Source: Gammaproteobacteria bacterium (GTDB lineage Bacteria; Pseudomonadota; Gammaproteobacteria; Eutrophobiales; Eutrophobiaceae). From it: a stretch of 64,000 bases of DNA. Below, in pieces: positions 58,753 through 64,000 of this stretch. The notes below the pieces were generated by a model. That model was given only the letters and a program-made list of their open reading frames with translations, did not search any database and was not told the origin of the DNA. The stretch's first letter is position 1. Each line of letters starts with the position of its first letter. The translations under genes and the position numbers were made by a program. Where the stretch lies: contig OZ242192.1 of NCBI GenBank assembly GCA_965205955.1, positions 949,188 through 1,013,187 on the forward strand, read 5' to 3'.

Positions 58753-60393
58753 ATGCGAGAGAAATGGTTGTGGTTTGCAAATTTATTGCTGGTCTCGCTA
58801 CTGTCTATTCCGCTGTTGACGGTGTTGTCTTCCTTGTTGCAGCCGGACTGGGATGTGTGGCAGCATCTCTACGATACGGTATTGAGCGATTATGTGGTAA
58901 ATTCCCTGGCGCTGATGGCGGGGGTCGGTGTGCTGGCGCTGATATGGGGGGTGTTGCCCGCCTGGTTGCTCACCATGTATTCTTTTCCTCTGTCGCGGGT
59001 ATTCGGCTGGGGCTTGTTGTTGCCCGCATCCATACCGGTCTACATTATTGCCTATGCCTATACCGGTATGCTGGACGCGGGCGGGCCGTTGCAGGCCGGG
59101 TTGCGTGCGATTAGCGGCCTGCCCTACGGTGGGTATTGGTTCCCGGAAGTGCGTTCGATGCAGGGGGCAATGTTATTGATGTCGCTGGGCTTGTATCCGT
59201 ATGTGTATCTGCTGTCGCGGGCGGCATTCATTGAGCAATCGGCCTGTGTGCTGGATGCGGCGCGAACCCTGGGGTGTCGGCGAACGGATGCGTTTCTGCG
59301 AGTGGCCCTGCCGTTGGCGCGACCGGCAATAATTGTCGGGTTGTCGCTGGTATTGATGGAAACCCTGGCGGATTATGGCACGGTGCAGTATTTTGGCATA
59401 CCGGTTTTCACCACCGGTATATTTCGCACCTGGTTCGGTCTTGGGGAGGAGTTGGCGGCCGCTCAATTGTCCGCCTTGATGGTGGTTTGTGTTTTTGTCC
59501 TGGTGGCGGTGGAGCGCCGGTCAAGGAGAAGGCGGCGTTATTATCAGACCAGCGGGCGGTATGGCAGGATCGACAGGCAACAGTTGCGCGGGTTCAAGGC
59601 GGTGGCGGCAATGGTATATTGTGCGTTGCCGCTGTTCGGCGGTTTTGTCATCCCGGCCGGCTATCTCTGCCTGCTGGCATTCGATTCGGAGGCGCTGATT
59701 TTCGACCGGGGGTTTATTGTGTTGTTTTGGCATAGCGTGTTGCTGGCCCTGGGGGCATCGGTTTTGGCGGTGATGTTGGCGTTGTTGATTGCCTATGCGC
59801 ACCGCCTGTATCATTCGGCGTTCACTGCTTGCGCCTTGCGTTTCGTCGGCATGGGGTATGCGATACCGGGCACGGTGATCGCCGTCGGTGTGCTGATCCC
59901 TTTCGGCTGGTTTGATAACCGGCTGGATGGCTGGTTGCAGGCCCAGTTCGGCGTGGGCAGCGGGCTGTTGTTGTCCGGCAGTTTGTTTATTCTCGTGTTT
60001 GCCTATCTGGTTCGCTATTTGGCCGTTTCACTGAATACCGTTGCTGCCGCGCTGGAGAAAATAAAGCCGAGCATGGATGAGGCGGCGCGATCGGCCGGGA
60101 TGAATGCGGTGTATATCATACGGGACATCCATATGCCGATTATGAAGGGTAGCTTGCTTACCGCGCTGTTGCTGGTGTTTGTGGATGTGCTGAAGGAGTT
60201 GCCCGCCACGCTGATTTTGCGGCCGTTCAATTTCAATACGCTGGCAGTGCGGGCCTATGAACTGGCGAATGAGGAAAGGCTGGCCGAGGCGGCGGCGCCG
60301 GCTCTGGCAATTGTTTTGGCGGGCATCGTTCCGATATTGTTTGCCGCCACGATGATCTCGCGTATGCGGTCGGGCTATGAACCGGGCAATTGA
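58753..60393 (+). CDS. fbpB: Fe(III) ABC transporter permease
   Basis: Duplicated permease domain, YPYVYL, LPLARPA, ME.LADYG, KELPATL.LRPFNF.TLA. Confidence 0.93.
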   Translation: MREKWLWFANLLLVSLLSIPLLTVLSSLLQPDWDVWQHLYDTVLSDYVVNSLALMAGVGVLALIWGVLPAWLLTMYSFPLSRVFGWGLLLPASIPVYIIAYAYTGMLDAGGPLQAGLRAISGLPYGGYWFPEVRSMQGAMLLMSLGLYPYVYLLSRAAFIEQSACVLDAARTLGCRRTDAFLRVALPLARPAIIVGLSLVLMETLADYGTVQYFGIPVFTTGIFRTWFGLGEELAAAQLSALMVVCVFVLVAVERRSRRRRRYYQTSGRYGRIDRQQLRGFKAVAAMVYCALPLFGGFVIPAGYLCLLAFDSEALIFDRGFIVLFWHSVLLALGASVLAVMLALLIAYAHRLYHSAFTACALRFVGMGYAIPGTVIAVGVLIPFGWFDNRLDGWLQAQFGVGSGLLLSGSLFILVFAYLVRYLAVSLNTVAAALEKIKPSMDEAARSAGMNAVYIIRDIHMPIMKGSLLTALLLVFVDVLKELPATLILRPFNFNTLAVRAYELANEERLAEAAAPALAIVLAGIVPILFAATMISRMRSGYEPGN

Positions 60394-61414
60394 AATCAAT
60401 AACTTGTCGGTCAAGATTGAAAATCAGCCGATTATTCAGTCGGTTTCCTTCGACCTGAAGGAAGGTGAAATCGGCTGTCTACTGGGGGCGAGCGGCTGCG
60501 GCAAATCGACGCTGCTGAGAGCAATCGCCGGGTTCGAGCGGCCGGCCGCCGGAGAAATCCGGGTGAAGGGGGTGCGGGTCAGCAATGCCAGACACCTTGT
60601 TCCGGTCGAACAGCGGCAGATCGGCATGGTGTTTCAGGATTACGCGCTGTTCCCGCATATGACGGCGGTCGAGAATATTACCTTCGGTATGCGCAATGCA
60701 TCCAAACAGACAAAGCGTGAGCGCCTGCTGGAGTTGATTGAATTGCTGGATCTGGAAGGGTGCGGCGATAAATATCCGCATCAGCTTTCGGGCGGTCAGC
60801 AGCAGCGCATTGCGCTGGCCAGGGCAATGGCCCCGCGGCCGGCGATATTATTGCTGGACGAGCCGTTTTCAAATCTGGATGTCGAATTGCGGGAGCAGAT
60901 TGCCTATCAGATCGGGGCAATTCTCAGGAAAGACGGTGTTACTGCGCTGCTGGTCAGCCATAATCAGTTGGAGGCCTTTGCAATGGCGGATAGGGTCGGC
61001 GTCATTAATCATGGTTCTCTATTGCAATGGGATACCGCGTTCAATCTCTATCACGAACCAAAGTGCGTGTACGTCGCCGACTTTGTTGGTGAGGGGGTGT
61101 TTATCGGCGGCGAGGTGGTGGATGCGCACACCGTCGATACCGAGTTGGGGCATATCGTCGGCAAGCGGGCGCACGGGCGTCCGCCCGGCAGCCGGGTGAA
61201 TGTATTGATACGACCGGACGATGTTTTGCATGACGATGCAAGCCCAATGCAGGCAAAGGTATTAAAAAAGGCATTCAGAGGCGCCGAGTTTTTATATACT
61301 CTGGAATATAATGGAGGTACCCGCCTGTTGAGTCTGGTGCCCAGTCATCATAATCATCCGGTGAATGAGCCGATAGGGATCCGGCTGGAAATAGACCATC
61401 TGGTGGTTTTTTGA
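60377..61414 (+). CDS. fbpC: Fe(III) ABC transporter ATP-binding protein
   Basis: GASGCGKST, FQDYALFPH, LSGGQQQR, LLDEPFSNLD, C-terminal TOBE region. Confidence 0.92.
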   Translation: MNRAIEINNLSVKIENQPIIQSVSFDLKEGEIGCLLGASGCGKSTLLRAIAGFERPAAGEIRVKGVRVSNARHLVPVEQRQIGMVFQDYALFPHMTAVENITFGMRNASKQTKRERLLELIELLDLEGCGDKYPHQLSGGQQQRIALARAMAPRPAILLLDEPFSNLDVELREQIAYQIGAILRKDGVTALLVSHNQLEAFAMADRVGVINHGSLLQWDTAFNLYHEPKCVYVADFVGEGVFIGGEVVDAHTVDTELGHIVGKRAHGRPPGSRVNVLIRPDDVLHDDASPMQAKVLKKAFRGAEFLYTLEYNGGTRLLSLVPSHHNHPVNEPIGIRLEIDHLVVF

Positions 61415-61698
61415 GCGGTATTGCGCCATCCGGCCGCATCAGCCGACTGGTCCCGCTCAAGTACCAGATTAAAACGAAGCCCAATTCATTAAAAATCTAG
61501 GGAATTATATACTTTAATACACAAAATTAGGAGAAAGAAATACATTATTATAATTATTTTTGAATAGACTAGCCAAACTTTATTTTGTTCTATAAAGGGT
61601 GTGAGTTCCGGTTCAATCATCGCTATGATAAAATCTATCAAATACTACTGAAATCATGCAGAAAAACCCCGCTCAAGTTATCATGACCAAAAAGTAAA

Positions 61699-62679
61699 AT
61701 GAAAAAGGAAATATCAAATAAGAATTTGCACAAGGCAAACATCGCTAAAAAAGATGAATTTTATACCCAGCTACCGGATATTGAAAAAGAGTTGAAGCAT
61801 TATAAAGAGTACTTTAAGGGCAAGGTTGTTTTTTGTAATTGTGATGATCCTCGTATCAGTAATTTCTTCAATTATTTTTCCTATAATTTTGAATATTTAG
61901 AGCTAAAAAAATTGATTACGACCTGTTATAAAAATCAAAATATTAATCTGTTCAGCCAAAACAATGCAGAAAAGGCAATTTATTTAGAGTACGAAGGCGA
62001 TAAAAATGATAATAAAGTTCCTGACCATGAAGAAATTGGCATTCAACACTTAGCCGGTGATGGCGATTTTAGAAGCAAGGAATGTATTGCACTTTTGAAA
62101 AAGGCGGATATTGTAGTCACCAATCCGCCTTTTTCTCTATTTCGATACTATGTTGCTCAGTTAGTGGAATATGATAAAAAATTTGTCATCATCGGCAATC
62201 AAAATGCCATAACCTACAAAGAGATTTTTAAACTCATAAAAGAAAATAAAATTTGGTTCGGACATAGTATCCATAGCGGAGATAGAGAATTTGGAGTTCC
62301 TAATGATTATCCATTAAACGCCGCTAGTAGTAGAATTGATGAAAATGGGAATAAATATATTAGAGTTAAAGGGGTTCGCTGGTACACCAATTTAGACTAT
62401 AAAGAAAGACATGAAGATTTAATACTTTACAAAAAATACAATGAAAGTGAATATCCTAAATATGATAACTATGATGCCATAAATATTGATAAAACCAAAG
62501 ATATTCCGATGGATTATAAGGGAGCTATGGGTGTGCCAATTACCTTTATGGATAAATATAATCCTGATCAATTTGAAATTATGGGCAATGAATATGATTT
62601 AAATATAGATAAAGGTCGTGGATACGTTAATGGCAAGAGGAAGTACAGTAGGATTTTTATTAAAAAGAAAAGAATTTAA
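61699..62679 (+). CDS. EcoRI-family adenine-specific DNA methyltransferase
   Basis: KKDEFYT, VFCNCDDP, GDGDFRS, VTNPPFSLF, MGVPITF; very AT-rich. Confidence 0.92.
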   Translation: MKKEISNKNLHKANIAKKDEFYTQLPDIEKELKHYKEYFKGKVVFCNCDDPRISNFFNYFSYNFEYLELKKLITTCYKNQNINLFSQNNAEKAIYLEYEGDKNDNKVPDHEEIGIQHLAGDGDFRSKECIALLKKADIVVTNPPFSLFRYYVAQLVEYDKKFVIIGNQNAITYKEIFKLIKENKIWFGHSIHSGDREFGVPNDYPLNAASSRIDENGNKYIRVKGVRWYTNLDYKERHEDLILYKKYNESEYPKYDNYDAINIDKTKDIPMDYKGAMGVPITFMDKYNPDQFEIMGNEYDLNIDKGRGYVNGKRKYSRIFIKKKRI

Positions 62680-62698
62680 CTATAAACTATATTTACTT

Positions 62699-63781
62699 AT
62701 GAAAATAAAACTTAAAGAAATTCCAATTAGGGATCTATCCCATGGATACGTCAATGACAATGAGGAGGGCGTTATTGGTTATAGTGGAAAATTAAACATT
62801 CGCCCCAAATATCAACGTGAGTTTATCTATAAAGACCAGCAAAGAGATTCTGTCATAAACAGCATTAACAAGGATTTTCCGCTCAATGTAATGTATTGGA
62901 TAAAAAACCAAGATGGCGGTTTTGAGGTGTTAGACGGACAACAAAGAACGATTAGTATTTGTGAATATGTATCTGGTAAATTTTCACTCAATAATTTGTA
63001 TTTTCACAATCTCCAAGATACGGAACAAGAAAAAATTCATGATTATAAATTGATGGTGTATTTTTGCGAGGGAACGGATAAGGAAATACTAGATTGGTTT
63101 AAAATCATTAACATAGCAGGGGAAAAACTTACCGATCAAGAGTTGAGAAATGCAATTTATACCGGCACTTGGCTGACTAATGCTAAAAGGCATTTTAGCA
63201 AAACCGGTTGCCCTGCTTACGGTATCGCAAATAATTATTTAAAAGGGGTAGCAATCCGTCAGGATTATTTAGAGACCACAATAAAATGGATAAGCAATGA
63301 TGCCATTGAGCAATATATGGCTAAACACCAACACAAGCCAAACGCAAACGAGCTATGGTTGTATTTTCAAAGTGTTGTCAACTGGATCAAAGCTATTTTT
63401 CCAAAATATCGCAAAGAAATGAAAGGCGTGTCTTTTGGTGTTTTATATAACGAATTTAAAGACAAACAATACGATTCTGAAAAACTGGAAGAAGAAATAA
63501 CAACATTAATGCAAGACGAAGATGTAACTAAAAAAGCAGGTATTTATTCCTATGTTCTCACTAGAGATGAAAAATATTTAAGCATTCGTGCCTTTAGCGA
63601 GAACCAAAAAAGAGAAGCATACGAAAAACAAAAAGGAATTTGTAGAAAGTGTGGAAAAAAATTTAAAATAAATGAAATGGAAGCTGACCATATAACACCT
63701 TGGCATGAAGGAGGTAAAACTACCGCTGATAATTGTCAAATGTTATGCAAACAAGATAATAGAACAAAGTCAGGAAAATGA
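62699..63781 (+). CDS. DUF262 (GmrS-like) + HNH endonuclease
   Basis: PKYQREFIY, VLDGQQR, F..IN..G..L (DUF262); C..C, EADHI.PW.EGG.T...NCQMLC...N (HNH). Confidence 0.9.
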   Translation: MKIKLKEIPIRDLSHGYVNDNEEGVIGYSGKLNIRPKYQREFIYKDQQRDSVINSINKDFPLNVMYWIKNQDGGFEVLDGQQRTISICEYVSGKFSLNNLYFHNLQDTEQEKIHDYKLMVYFCEGTDKEILDWFKIINIAGEKLTDQELRNAIYTGTWLTNAKRHFSKTGCPAYGIANNYLKGVAIRQDYLETTIKWISNDAIEQYMAKHQHKPNANELWLYFQSVVNWIKAIFPKYRKEMKGVSFGVLYNEFKDKQYDSEKLEEEITTLMQDEDVTKKAGIYSYVLTRDEKYLSIRAFSENQKREAYEKQKGICRKCGKKFKINEMEADHITPWHEGGKTTADNCQMLCKQDNRTKSGK

Positions 63782-63878
63782 AAAATGTGGGGAATTGAAT
63801 ACCCGATTTAAATTAAAGCGCAAATAATGTTGTATTTTGTGTATTTAGGTATATAATTCCCAAAATCTAAATCAATTT

Positions 63879-64000
63879 TCAGTTCTTGTTGTATCCAAAT
63901 TCTCTGGATTGGAATACGTTTTTCCAATAGGTCTCTCGATCAATAATCACCCGATCCTCTGTTTTCATGGATCTGTATTCGAGTAGGGCTAACTTGAAGT
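63879..64000 (-). CDS. C-terminal fragment of a probable GIY-YIG nuclease family protein (runs off window)
   Basis: Manual translation FKLALLEYRSMKTEDRVIIDRETYWKNVFQSREFGYNKN*; the LE...RE..WK......GYN pattern is typical of GIY-YIG C-termini. Confidence 0.6.
   Translation of the reverse strand, partial: FKLALLEYRSMKTEDRVIIDRETYWKNVFQSREFGYNKN

Overview
A mostly core-genome window of a gammaproteobacterium-like chromosome, with moderate GC and several AT-richer insertions. Housekeeping blocks: ilvC-psd-like-pssA, metZ, glnK, uvrD, pmbA-moxR-DUF58-transglutaminase, msbA, prk, hemCDXY, gshB-tonB, ftsYEX, M16 peptidases-rsmD-coaD-ggt-mutM, lpoA-yraN-gmhA-BON, aas, asnS and tag. Small accessory inserts sit between them: an IS256 scar plus an MmeI-like type IIL R-M gene, an N4/N6 methyltransferase whose BglII/BstYI-type nuclease partner is cut off after 9 codons, a solo HEPN gene, and an AT-rich EcoRI-family MTase / DUF262-HNH / GIY-YIG island at the right edge. 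Regulatory DNA readable from the sequence: a SAM-II riboswitch coupled to a terminator/antiterminator before metZ, a sigma54 promoter with two NtrC-like sites before an amtB-less glnK, and three Fur-box-like operators. The best candidate for an undescribed system is a Fur-boxed iron module at 55.8-61.4 kb: bfd without bfr, an acidic porin-like protein, a P19/Tp34-like protein with an apparent Met-to-His change in its metal site and no FTR1 partner, and FbpABC. The second candidate is a catalytically dead Psd homologue kept in front of pssA. No rRNA, tRNA or CRISPR array was seen. All family calls come from manual motif recognition, not database searches.
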